Positions 10,990 through 22,589 of a stretch of 64,000 nucleotides of DNA are shown one piece after another (the stretch's first letter is position 1; every line of letters begins with the position of its first letter). The notes under the pieces were generated by a model that did no database searches, was not told the DNA's origin, and worked only from the letters and a program-made list of their open reading frames with translations. The translations under genes were made by a program, and so were the position numbers. This DNA comes from Mobula hypostoma (lineage: Eukaryota), in assembly GCF_963921235.1 (NCBI RefSeq), contig NC_086097.1, positions 135,968,001-136,032,000 on the forward strand. Reading direction: 5' to 3'.

Positions 10990-11747
10990 GCTGTCATTCT
11001 TCTTGATGTTCTTTGACCATTCCTAACATGCTTGACTGCTCTCTAAAATTTATACTGTTTTTCTATCACTTGGGCGACTTCACATGCATGTGATAATTTT
11101 TCAGAAACTTTACACAAATCATCTAAAAGCATCAAGGGACAGAGTTCCTAAATCCCAGAATTAATGCAGTGAAGCTGACTCTCTGAGCACATAAACCTTC
11201 CAACTATTAATAGATCAACTATATTGATGTGCTAAGTTATAGTATCAATCTGGCCTGGAAGCTTCCTTAAACTAAGGGTCTGAGTGCAGGTTGGTGGGAC
11301 TAGGTGAGAGTAAGAGTTCGGCACGGACTAGAAGGGCCGAGATGGCCTGTTTCTGTGCTGTAATTGTTATATGGTTATATGGTTATAAATAATTTAGCCA
11401 TCGTTGTCTGGTTTGAAACAAGTCAATTAACATAATCCCTTTGTTTTGCACTACATCTCTTGGGCAGTCAGCCCGGTTGTTCTTGGCATCAGTCTGTGTT
11501 CTATAGACAGTTCTGTCTGTTTACAAAGCTCTCCTTTTAACTTCAGACTGATTATTGATTGCCACTTACATTAAGAACTGAAGACTGTCTCCTGGTTACG
11601 ACAAGAAGCTGAGCAAACAATATTAGTTGGAAGTTTATTTTAATCAAAAACAATTCTTTGATCTCCAGAAGTTTCAGATCCTATGTTACAAAGCTGAGTT
11701 TGGGAAAAGAAAGGCCTCCTGGCCCTGGATAATGAATATCCATCACA
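10990..11747 (-). repeat. 5' LTR of foamy-like ERV (U3 part only; R/U5, PBS, gag and protease deleted)
   Basis: Homologous to 4568-5152; joins directly to mid-RT sequence at ~10980; contains a CR1 tail insertion. Confidence 0.8.
11270..11390 (+). mobile_element. Young CR1 3' tip inserted in the 5' LTR
   Basis: ctaggtgagagtaagagttcggcacggactagaagggccgagatggcctgtttctgtgctgtaattgttatatggttatatggtt is nearly the reverse complement of 33345-33450 and is absent from the 3' LTR. Confidence 0.85.
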
Positions 11748-11890
11748 AGGGTTGATCCTCTGATACCCTGATAACCAGGAACTTGAAGTTGCTCACCCTT
11801 TCCACTGCTGATGCTTGATGAGGACTGATGTGTTTTCTCTCAACTTCCTCTTCCTGAAGTCCACAATCAATTCCTTGGTATTGCAGAGAC
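11748..11890 (-). mobile_element. Rex1/Babar-like LINE, upstream part (host of the ERV)
   Basis: Minus strand reads NTKELIVDFRKRK...AVERVSNFKFL...EDQP and continues at 4067. Confidence 0.8.
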
Positions 11891-12204
11891 TATTGGACAT
11901 TTTCCTGTACCCTAGAGGAAGAGAGAAAGAGTAGGCTACAGGAAAAAGCATAGACCTGATGGCTGGATTGCCTCCTTCTATGACGTATGAAATTTAAAAT
12001 TAACTACTGTTGATGTGTGGGCCAAAATTTGAATCTTGTTTCATTAACTGGGCCAGTATTTCAAATTACATCCACATGTACTTACTGGCATTTCTTCTAA
12101 AAGCAGCAGAAATGCAGTATTAGTTGCTAGTCTTGTGACTGAAAGGATCCCATAAGCCACACATCCTTTGAAGTCTGAAGGATTAATGTGCTTCATACCT
12201 CATT

Positions 12205-12490
12205 ATAAGGAAGAAGGCCACTCTGCCCATGAGTCTATGTTAGCTCTCAGAGTAATCCCATCAATCTCAATCCCCAGTTATTTCTCTTTCAGCAAATAAC
12301 ACCCACTGTGGGAAATTTACAGCCGCCAATTAACCTATCGAATGAGGACGTTGGAAGAAACCTGGTGCACCTGGTGGAAACCCATGCAATCACAGGGAGA
12401 ACGTGTATATTCCCTGGAGGTCGGGATTGAACCTGGGTCTGTGCTGGTGCTGTGAGCTAGTGGCTCTACTAGTTGCAATGTAGCCCCACC
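12205..12490 (-). mobile_element. V-domain SINE, decayed
   Basis: ggaaacccatgcaatcacagggagaacgtg and gggattgaacctgggtc are the reverse complements of the V domain and B box. Confidence 0.6.
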
Positions 12491-12597
12491 CCAATGTCTT
12501 TGTGCTCATAGATTCGGATGAAACTAGCAGGCTATTGTTTTAGTTATCCATGAAGTGTTGGATAAATGACAGAAATTCCACCTAGCTGCTGTATGTG

Positions 12598-13030
12598 AAC
12601 AAGATTCAGAGTCAGATTCAGATTTATACATGTATCACACGTATATTGAAACACACAGTGAAATGGCGAAATGTGTCATTTGCAGTAAGAATCAGTGGAC
12701 TCAAGGATGCTTTGGGGACAGCCGGCATGTCTTGCCACTGATTCTGGTGCCAACATAACAAGCCCACAAGGTTCACAGAACAACGTAAGCAGCAGCAACA
12801 ACATAGAGATCACAAGACAACAGCAAAGTAATCCTCTTTCCTGTTCCTCCCGCCCACACACCTACTTGGACACCCAGACAGGCTTCCAACACCAGTACGG
12901 GCTACCTCCGGGCCTTGTCTCTGGCTTCTCAGTCTCATAGACATCGGTCCTCCAGTTTCGGACTTCACCCCAGGACTCACTGATCACGGGTTCGATCTCT
13001 GGGATCTGACATCTGGGCTCACACAAATCC
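12598..13030 (-). mobile_element. Non-autonomous retroposon with (TCTGAA)-like tail
   Basis: Reverse complement is similar to 53620-53820; ends in ataaatctgaatctgactctgaatc. Confidence 0.5.
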
Positions 13031-14334
13031 CCATCATTTTTTTACCCTTCATTTTATAATTGTGCACAACTGCCATGGCAGAAAATTACTTGGCAGTTGC
13101 CACTAGTAACACAGTGATGGAGAGCTACAGCACAGATCCAGACCCTTTGGCCCTCTGACCGTCAAGCATCCAGCTACTCCGATCTCACTTTCTTTTATTC
13201 TTTCCACATTCCTGGGTATCTTTTGTTTCCTGATACAGAAAATATTCAAAATGAAGCAGGCTGTAAATAAAACTCACTTTAAAATAGGATTACTGTATAG
13301 TAGTGTTGATCAGAGGCTGATCCTGACCAAAGGGTTTCGCTGACACTGGACTTTCTGCAATGAGTTCAACTTCCACTAACTCTATCTCAGCTGTTGGTTC
13401 TTGAAGCAGTGAAATTAACAGGCACAAATTGACCTAATATGTCAATCTTAAGGTCTAGTTACCCACGGGAAATTTCAGACCTTCAAAGCATCTTAACTTC
13501 AAAAGACATCAAAACATAATCCTTATTCTAGGAACCTAATCAGCACGACCTTTTGCCAGTCCACATCTGTGACCTCCCCTGCCAACACATCTCCCTTATT
13601 AGTACAATAACAACTATTTATTTTGCAGCTGATTTTTTTTCTCCCCGGTTAAGGATCCTGCTCGGTGTCAATACACCATTATTGGCCACACTGCCTGATT
13701 ACTTTCTTGTCTCACCCGGAGCTTAGGGTGAATTTTGCTCATGATCGTGGAAAAGACCTTTCCCATCCTTCTCTGCATTAGGTACGATTATAGCTGGAAG
13801 CAAAATGTGTATGATAACACATTGTCTATTAGGCATGAAGCCTAGAGAGAGGAGTTGTAATTGTCATTTTAACAATACACAGTGCATTGAGGAAGGTGAT
13901 AGATTCGAAATACTTCACTAAAGCATCATCTTCGATGGTATTATGGACATTGTGCTATCAGAAGGGATTAGTTTCATTAGCCATTTGATTACTAATTTCA
14001 TTAGTTCAGCATAACATTGTAGGCCAAAAGGCCTGTTCCTGTGCTGTACTGTACTGCTCTTTGTCCTACTAGTAAGTCACCCTGAGATTCTAACTGGGCA
14101 CAAGTAGGAACTTGAGACTGGAGTGATTAAATTTAGGGGCCAGAGGATCAAGAGGCCAGAGTTGGAGGAATGTAAGCGAGGATTGGAGGATTGAAAGGCT
14201 GGAGGAGAGTAGTAGAAAAGAGAGGCGAGTGGAGGGAATTGAAGGCAAGGGTATGAATTCTACATATGTAGTTATAAAGTTGTTGGGTCATACGGCATGG
14301 ACTAGCCACCACCCATTTACACCAATCTCATTTC

Positions 14335-14775
14335 ACAGAACAGTACAGGAAAAGACCCTATGACCCTGTTGTGCTAAATTTATTCATCTAATGACACATA
14401 ATTGCTTCTACCCCCACATGGTCCATAACCCACCATTCACTGCATATTCATTAAGAGCCTCCTAATCCCCACTATCATATCATTGTCCACCACCACCTCA
14501 GGCAGCACATTCTATGCATCGAATACTCTCTGTGTTTAAAAAAAAACTTGTCCTACCCACCTCCCTTAAACTTTCTCCCTATCACCTTAAATGCGTGATC
14601 TTTAGTATTAAATATTTCAACCATAGTTTAAAAAAAAGATGCCAGTCGTCTACCTAATTTTATAAACTGCTCTCAGGCTCCTCTCACAGCCACCACCACT
14701 CCAGAGAAAACAACCCTAGTTTATATAGTGAATGCCCTCTAATCCAGGTAGCATCCTGGTAACCATCATTGTAAC
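14335..14775 (-). mobile_element. CR1 3' end, decayed
   Basis: Reverse complement encodes LGLFSLEW and VWN-LPEVV-like CR1 C-terminal motifs. Confidence 0.6.
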
Positions 14776-14829
14776 ATTAATTTAAATGTTACCACATTAC
14801 CATTAGAGCCTCCAGATTCAATCACTCAT

Positions 14830-15000
14830 CTATAAATCAGGAGCAATTGATAGTGGCCAGGTAACATACCAACCCGCACATCTTTGCGACGTGAGCAAAC
14901 CTGGAGCACCCAGAGGAAATGCAGATGGGCACAGGGAGAATGTGCAAACTCCGCACAGAAAGCATCTGAGGTCAGGTTTTGGAGTGAGTCTCTGGATCTG
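14830..15000 (-). mobile_element. V-domain SINE fragment
   Basis: ggagcacccagaggaaatgc...cacagggagaatgtgcaaactccgcacaga is the reverse complement of the V domain. Confidence 0.6.
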
Positions 15001-15021
15001 CACGAAACTGCAAGAAGCGGA

Positions 15022-15706
15022 GGGGAGGAGAAGATGGCGGTGCGACACAGTGCGCGCGGCCGCTCCAGAATGATATCGGTATTTGTTAAGTAGGTACCGT
15101 GCACAATCCTGATTTGATGGAGACGGACGTGAGAAGCACGGAGGAACATCTGGAGAAACTTCTGAAATGCCCGCTTCGCTGCCACTGCTTCTGTGCGATC
15201 GAAAATCTCCGGAGGGGAAGGCCTCAAATCCATAGCTTTGCCTATTGCTTGGCGGCCGGGGTTGGGGTCGAAGCGCTCGGCAGAGATGGTACTCGGTGCT
15301 CGGTGTTGGAGGGCTGGCGGAGGCTCGAAGTTTTCGGACGGACTCAAGAGTCGGCTGTGGTCAGATGCTTCCAGGGTGCTTCATTGGCAAGTTTGCGGCG
15401 CTGGAGGTTCATGGCAGGGAGAGTTTTTCTTCCTTCTACCGTCTGCGTGAGATGATGGGAATTTCGAGAGACTTTGAGACTTTTTTTTACCGTGCCCATG
15501 GTCTGTTCTTTATCAAGTTATGGTATTGCTTTGCACTGTTGTAACTATATGTTAGAATTATGTGGTTTTTGTCAGTTTTTCAGCCTTGGTTTGTCTTGTG
15601 TTTCTGTGATATCATACTGGAGGAACATTGCATCATTTCTTAATGCATGCGTTACTAAATGACAATAAAAGAGGACTGCGTGTCCTCATAATCTAATCTA
15701 ATCTAA
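15022..15706 (+). mobile_element. Young CpG-rich non-autonomous retroposon with AAGATGGCGG head and (AATCT)n tail
   Basis: Starts ggaggagaagatggcgg; CpG-rich 5' half; T-rich 3' half ending aaatgacaataaaa...ataatctaatctaatctaa, like Rex1-type 3' ends; no tRNA head and no recognisable ORF. Confidence 0.7.
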
Positions 15707-16786
15707 TATTCAAAGCCACAGCGTTGGAGAGTGGGGACTGTGGTGATCAGGATGAGTTAGTGCAGAGGGGTACACCCAGGGGCAAATCCAACCTAAAAAA
15801 ATCTACATGACTATCCTTGTCAGAAGTTTGTTCCTTTCACACTAGGTACCATGAAGTGTTTGAGCTGTCATTCTGAAGACAGCAAAGGCACTGTCTAAAC
15901 ATTTGAGTCTGCTGTTGGAAGTGTCCCTGAGGGCCTTATGTCCGGGGGGAGTTCCATAAGGTGAAGGTCAAACTATGGTGCCTACAAGATTGTCAGCACT
16001 CTTAGGACTAGGGGATGTGAGCCTACAACTAGTGGCAGTACAATGTCAGCTTAGTTGGTCCCTGGAGAAAAGGGAGCCAGTGAGTGTGTTCTTCAAGTAC
16101 ATGTTGAAGACGAACTCATGGTGGAGCCAATGGCGTCTAAAGCACTGAAGACTGAACAGTCATTCTGCCTCTCCAACCTCCACAGTCAGAGCCCACTGTA
16201 AATGTATATGGACTTAACAATTTTGGCTTCCTTGGGTCTCAGTTCCTTGGTTCATTTTGCAAAAGGGAGGTGCAACATTAGTCTCAGGTCAAAATGGCAG
16301 ATCAGTCCACATGATATCATTAACATACAAAATCTGTATTTGTGGAGGAACTCCCAGGCTCCCCCACATGCATGGTCAACATCCGCATCGGGTGGCTGAG
16401 TGCTGGTGTTGATGCACCAAAATTATCACAGTGCAAGTTAGCTTTGAAAGATGTGCTCGGGCATGGGAGAGGACCAACTCATCTCCCGTGCAGTAGCACA
16501 TTAACAACCAGCAGACCAGAACCAGGAAATTATACACAGTAGGGTGGAGCTCTAAGAACAGAAGCCCTGATTGGTGGCCTGATGTAGACCTTTAATCCTA
16601 GGATGAAGGCATTGAGGATATGTTGGTAGGCAAGGGTGTGACGTGAGAAGCAGTGGGAGGTGGGGGTGGGGTGGGTGGAAGGGAAGAATATTGAAAGCAT
16701 GTACATTGTCTTAGACCTCTTGGATTGACTGAATTGTTCCTGGGCTGTATATAACTGACTAGCTGTGCACATTATCTGAAACGTAC

Positions 16787-17135
16787 GCTTGAAAGGGCTA
16801 GATAAAGAGGATGTGGAGAGGGTGTTTCCAAGAGTAAGTAAGTCTAAGACCAGCGGACATAGCCTCAGAATACAAGGACGTGCCTTTAGAACAGAGCTGA
16901 GGATGAATTTCTTTAACCAGGGTGTGGTGAATCTGTGGAATTTTTTGCCACAGACAGTTATAGAGGCCAAGTCACTGAATACATTTAAAGCAGAGGTTGA
17001 TAGGTTCTTGATTAGTAAAGGCATCAAAAGTTACTGGGAAAAGGCAGGATAATGGGATTGAAAAATAAATCAGCCATGATCAAATGGTAGAGAGTTGATG
17101 GGCCAAATGGCCTATTTCTGATCTTATGGTCTTAC
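16787..17135 (+). mobile_element. CR1 3' end
   Basis: KGLDKEDVERVFPRVSKSKTSGHSLRIQGRAFRTELRMNFFNQGVVNLWNFLPQ; tail cttatggtctta. Confidence 0.85.
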
Positions 17136-17935
17136 GGAAGACAGATTAGTATACAGAAGCATGCAGAATATGAAATTTAGGAGCCAGCACTGACTTGGTC
17201 ACACATGTCAAGAAGAAAAATGATGTACTCAGGAAGGACTGATAAAATTCTTCGTTTCAGATTCCCCACAGTTGTTGAGCATTTATTGTAAGCTGAAACA
17301 CTTTCGAGGGAATTGCTGATGACGCTGGGCTCACAATCAACCACGTCACCATGTTAAAACCAGATGTGGTGTATTCCTTCAAGCCTGCCTTTGACATTTC
17401 TCTTAAGCTCCTCTGATTAATTTGTTGATGGATCGGCTTTGCGAATGTTTCATTCCTAATTCAAGGTTTAGGTCAAACATTGTCAGTCAGATTGAAACCA
17501 GACCCTTGCCAGTAACAGTAACAATTTCTTTCCTTCTGCCTGCCTCTCAAACGATCAAATACCTCCATTTTATCAATATATATTAGGTTCTGTCTCACTT
17601 AGATCTTGCATTATCTTAAACAGCAAGACTTATTCTTTCCATATCAACATCCTTGTTGTTGCAAGCATTGCATAGTAATAACACTGCCAATGTCATAGTT
17701 GTAGAGTCATAGAGCACTGTTGCACAGAAGTAGGCCCTTTGGCCCATCTACTCCATGCTGAACTGTTATTCAGCCTAGTCCCATCAGTGCAACACCAGTC
17801 AGGTCAAAATGGAAGATCAGTCAACGTGACCTGGACCATAGCCCTCCATACCCTTCCCGTCTATGTGCTTATCCTAGCTTGTCTTAAAGGATGAAATTAA
17901 ACCCCATATCTGCCATTTCCGTAGTTCTGACACTT

Positions 17936-18236
17936 GGACGCCATGGTAATGTATTGGTTAGCGTAAAACTATTATAACTCAGGACGTCGGGGTTCAGGGT
18001 GCAGTCCCGTGTCCTCTGTAATGAGTCTGGACTTACTCCCTGTGGAATGCATCGGTTTTCCCTGGGTGCTCTGGTTCCCTCCCACAGTCCGAAGATAAAC
18101 CGTGTAGGTTAGTTGGTCATTGTAAGTTGTCCTGTGATTAGGTTAGGGCTAAACTGGGGTTGTTGGAGGGTTGCTGGGGCAGCGCTGCTTGAAAGGCCCA
18201 AAGGACCTACCCCGTGCTGTGTTGCTAAGTACAAAC
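17936..18236 (+). mobile_element. V-domain SINE
   Basis: tRNA-like head, cctgggtgctctggttccctcccacagtccgaaga V domain, 3' hairpin and A-rich end; related to 19650-19925 (-). Confidence 0.7.
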
Positions 18237-18919
18237 GTTTGTAAATTAAATGAACCTGCTAGCAGCTCATTCTACACTCCTGCCGTCCTCTGTTCGCCGA
18301 CGTTCCATTTAGATACAGCATTTCACCTTTCACCCTTAACCTTTAACCCCTACTGTTAGTCTCATCTAACATGAGTGGAAAAAGGCCTGCTTGCATTTAC
18401 CCTATCTATACCCCTCATGATTTTATATACCTCCATCAAGTCTCCCCTCATTCTCCTCTGCTCCAGGGACTGAAGTCCTAACCTACTCAGCCTTTCCCTA
18501 TAACTCAGCTCCTCTGACCTGGCAAACTCCTTGTAAAATTTTCTCGGCACTCTTTCAAACTAATTGCTATCTTAACCATAGACAGGTGACAAAAACTGCA
18601 CACAATACTCCAAATTAAGCCTCACCAACATCTTATACAACTTCAACATAACATTGCAACTCCTGTACTCAATACTTCGATTTACCAAGGCTAATGTGCC
18701 AAAAGCTCTCTTTACAACCTATACTGTATACCTGTGACACCACTTTCAACCAAATATGCACCCGTATTCGCAGATCCCTTTGTTCTACCACACTCCTCAG
18801 TACCCTACCGTTTACAGTGTCAAACTACACTGGCTGGTCATACCACTGCGAGTGCAACAACTTGCACTTGTCTGCATTAAATTCCAACTGCCGTTTTTTT
18901 TCAAAATTGACATTGGGAT

Positions 18920-19558
18920 CAAATCCCATTCCCATTCTGATATGTCTATCCACGGCACACATTTTAATACTCATCCCATTCCCATTCTGATATGTCTATC
19001 CACGGCCTCCTCTAGTGTAAAGATGAAGCCACACTCAGGTTGGAGGAACAACACCTTATATTCCGTCTGGGTAGCCTCCAACCTGATGGCATGAACATTG
19101 ACTTCTCAAACTTCCGCTAATGCCCCACTTCCCCCTCGTACCCTATCCGTTATTTATTTATTTATATACACACATTCTTTTTCTCTCTTTCCTTTATCTC
19201 CCTCTGTCCCTCTGACTATATCCCTTGCCCATCCTCTGGATTTTTCCCCCCCTCCCCCTTTTCCTTCTCCCTGGGCCTCCTGTCCCATGATCCTCTCATA
19301 TCCCCTTTTGCCAATCACCTGTCCAGCTCTTGGCTCCATCCCTCCCCCTCCTGTCTTCTCCTCTCATTTCGGATCTCCCCCCCCCCCCCACTTTCAAATC
19401 TCTTACTCACTCTTCCTTCAGTTAGTCCTGACGAAGGGTCTCGGCCCGAAACGTCAACTGTACCTCTTCCTAGAGATGCTGCCTGGCCTGCTGCGTTCAC
19501 CAGCAACTTTTATGTGTGTTGCTTGAAATTCCAGCATCTGCAGATTTCCTCATGTTTC
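18920..19558 (+). mobile_element. Penelope-like element 3' fragment (GIY-YIG tail plus pLTR)
   Basis: Near-identical to 52180-52757 (SHSHSDMSIHG...RLEEQHLIFRLGSLQPDG); 5' junction has a ~34-bp duplication (18923-18956 / 18973-19006). Confidence 0.9.
19424..19459 (+). ncRNA. Minimal type I hammerhead ribozyme motif
   Basis: AGTC-CTGACGA-AGGGTCTCGGCCC-GAAA-CG-TC-AACT: conserved core and stem II, one mismatch in stem I. Confidence 0.7.
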
Positions 19559-19649
19559 CCATTTTTCCGGCCTGTTTATCCAGCTGATCCAGATTTCACT
19601 GCAAGCCATGATATTCTTCCTGCTGTCCACAATGTCCTCAATCTTATTT

Positions 19650-19925
19650 ATTTATTGAGATGCCAGTGACCAGGGTTATAGGCCCTTCGAGCCTTGCTGC
19701 CTAGCAATCCCCCGATTTAGCCCTTGCCTAATCTTGAGACAATTTACAATGACCAATTAGCCCACCAACCAGTATGTCTTTGGGCTGTGGGAGGAAACTG
19801 GAGCATCCGGAGGAAACCCATGAAGTCACGGGGAGAGCGTACTAACTCCTCACAAACAGCAGCGGGAATTGAACCCTGGTCACTGGTACTGGATAGCATT
19901 GTGCTAACCACTACCCCACTGTGCT
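19650..19925 (-). mobile_element. V-domain SINE
   Basis: gggaggaaactggagcatccggaggaaacccatgaagtcacggggagagcg and gggaattgaaccc are the reverse complements of the V domain and B box. Confidence 0.75.
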
Positions 19926-22234
19926 GCTGTCATCTGCAAATTTGCTAATCCATTTTGAGCACATTACCATCCAGATTGTTGGTATAGATGACAAACGACA
20001 ACAGACCAAGCACTGACTGTGACTAATGTGGTAGTAAATTGGAACAGACATTGGCTTCATGGGAGAAGCCCGAAACTGATAGTAGACAGTTACCTCTCTA
20101 ACTGGAGGTATGTAACTAATGATGTGCTGCTCTTCAGGATTGGTTAGACATGACCTACCACACAGAAAGCCATGGTGCCTATCACTAAACATGCCCTGTC
20201 TATCCAAATACCTCTATATCTGGTCCCAGGCTCACCAGCCTATAATTTACAGGCTTATTCTTAAAGACTTTGTTGAACAATGAAACAACATTAATTATCT
20301 TGCAATTCTCTGCCACTCACCCTACGGATGTTTTAAATACCTCTACTGGGGCCCCTGCAATTTCTGCACCAACTTCCACGACGTCCAGGGAACACCTTGT
20401 TAAGCGCTGGGGGTTTATCTCTCCTAGTTTGTCTCCAGACAGCAAGTACATCCTCTTTGAGAATCCATGCACAGTCTATGATCTCACTGCTGCTTTGCCT
20501 CAATTCTATAGATTTTGTCCATTTCCAGAGTAAATACAGGTGCAAAAAAATCCATCTGAGATCTGCCTCATCCATTTCGGCTCCATACATAGATACCTAT
20601 ATCAAAAGGACCAGTTTTGCCTCCTTGCTGTCCTTTTGCTTTTAACGTATCTGTAGAAGCCTCTGAGATTCTTCTTCACCTTGTCAGCCCCAGCAACCTC
20701 ATGCCTTCTTTTTGCCCTCCTGATTTCCCTCTTATACTTCCCAATCACGTCATTTGTTCCTTGCTGCCTTTACCTGCTATGCACCTCCTTCTTATTAACC
20801 AGAGCCTCAATATTTCTTGAATATCCAAGTTCCTTCAACCTGCTAGCCTTGCCTTTTATTCGGACAGGAACATATTCTCAAAATTTTTGAAGCATCCCTT
20901 TGCCAGAAAACAGCCTATCCCATTCCACACTTCTCAGATCCTTTCCGATGCCGTCAAAATTGGCCTTTCTCCAATTTAGAATCTCAACCCGATGACCAGG
21001 CCTATCCTTCTTCATAATTGTCATTAAACTAATGGAATTTTGATCACTCACTACATCCAAAGTGTTCCCCTATACACACTTCTGTCACCTACCCTGTCTT
21101 GTTCTCCAACAGAAGGTCCAGTATCAAGCTTTCTAGTTGGGACCCCAATGTAATGTTTAAGGAAACTTTCCTGAATACATTAGATAAATTCTATCCCATT
21201 CAGCCCTTTTATAGTATGGGAGTTCCAGTCAATATGTGGTAAGATAAACCTTATTTTTCTTTCAAATTTCCACTATCTCTTTTCAAATTTGCTCCTCTAA
21301 ATCCCACTAACCATTGAGTTGTCTATAATATAATCCCATCAACATGTCCACCCCTTTCTTACTCCTCACTTCCACCATACAGCCTCAGTAGATGAACCCT
21401 CCAGTATGTTCTATCCGAGCAATGCAGTGTCATTTCTCTAACTAGTAATGCCGCATCTTCTCCCTCAAATCCCTCACAATCTATCATGTCGAAAACAATG
21501 AAACCCTGTTACACTGAGCTACCAGTCCTGTCCCAAGTCCCATTAAAGGCTACAATGTCATAACTCGACATGCCCTAAGCTCATCTGCCTTATCTACAAT
21601 AGTCTTTGCTTTGAAATATACACAACTCAGAACATTAGTCCCATCATAATCAACCTTTTGATTCCTGTCTTTGTATGTAGGTTTAACAATATCTTCCACA
21701 CATCCAGTCCACTATTTGCCTTGGCACTCTAGTTCCCATCCTTCTGCAACTCTTGTTTAAGCTCCCTGGAGCAGCACTAAAAAACCTTCGTGCAAGGATG
21801 TTAGTCTCCCCCCAGTTCAGGTGCAAACCATCCCAACTATGTAAGTCCTATCTTTCCTGAAAGATGTACCAATGATCCAAAAATCTGAAGCCTTCCCTCT
21901 TAGACACATGTTAAACTGTACTATCTTGCCTCACAAGCATGTGGCACGGATAGCAATCCTGAGATTACCACCCTGGAGGTTCTGTCCCTTAACTTAGTAC
22001 CTAACTCCCCAAACTCACTTAGCAGGACCTTATCACCTTCCTAACTATGTCATTGGTTTACTGATTAGGACTATGACCTTTGGTTGGTCACTCTCCACTT
22101 AAGAATTTGATGGAATTATCTGAATTATCCCTGACCCTGTCACCAGGGAGGCAACATAGAATCCAGGAATACTGTTCTCATCCACAGAACTTCCTGTTTG
22201 TTCCCCTAACCAATGAATCCAATATCACTATTGA

Positions 22235-22464
22235 TTCAACCAACACATATCAAAGTTGCTGGTGAACGCAGCAGGCCAGGCAGCATCTCTAGGAAGAGGT
22301 ACAGTCAACGTTTCGGGCCGAGACCCTTCGTCAGGACTAACTGAAAGAAGAGCTAGTAAGAGATTACGTCTGAGTCAAAATGTGGTCGAAAAGTTGAAGA
22401 ACTGAAGAAATTACAGATTAGAGATGCTGCCTGGTCTGCTGCTTTCACCAGCAACTTTGATGTG
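22235..22464. mobile_element. Miniature Penelope-like insertion with inverted pLTR ends
   Basis: 22244-22291 is an inverted repeat of 22418-22465; flanked by a 12-bp duplication TATCACTATTGA (22223-22234 / 22465-22476). Confidence 0.8.
22303..22338 (-). ncRNA. Minimal type I hammerhead ribozyme motif
   Basis: Minus strand AGTC-CTGACGA-AGGGTCTCGGCCC-GAAA-CG-TT-GACT; intact core and perfect stem I. Confidence 0.72.
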
Positions 22465-22589
22465 TATCACTATTGACTGCCTCTTCAGTCCCCATGCCTC
22501 TGAGCCACAGAGCCAGACCTGACCTCTGTGGTTTTCTCCTGCTGTGTCATCCCCCTACCCCAAGAATTCAAGGCAGTATACTTGTTATA

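Larger units (their letters stand above)
4068..11747 (-). mobile_element. Foamy-virus-like endogenous retrovirus (decayed, gag-deleted provirus)
   Basis: Two homologous LTRs, both starting TGTGATGG on the minus strand (11747 and 5152); PPT at 5153-5167; AGGG TSD at 4064-4067 and 11748-11751; foamy-type pol between the LTRs. Confidence 0.88.

Noticed and set aside
14826..15544. Overlapping 100-170 aa ORFs or a host CpG-island promoter
   Set aside because: They fall within a GC-rich retroposon with a polyA signal and microsatellite tail; no recognisable protein
15720..16560. Possible exon or decayed L1/Tx1 or DIRS fragment
   Set aside because: No convincing motif or splice-bounded frame could be identified by eye
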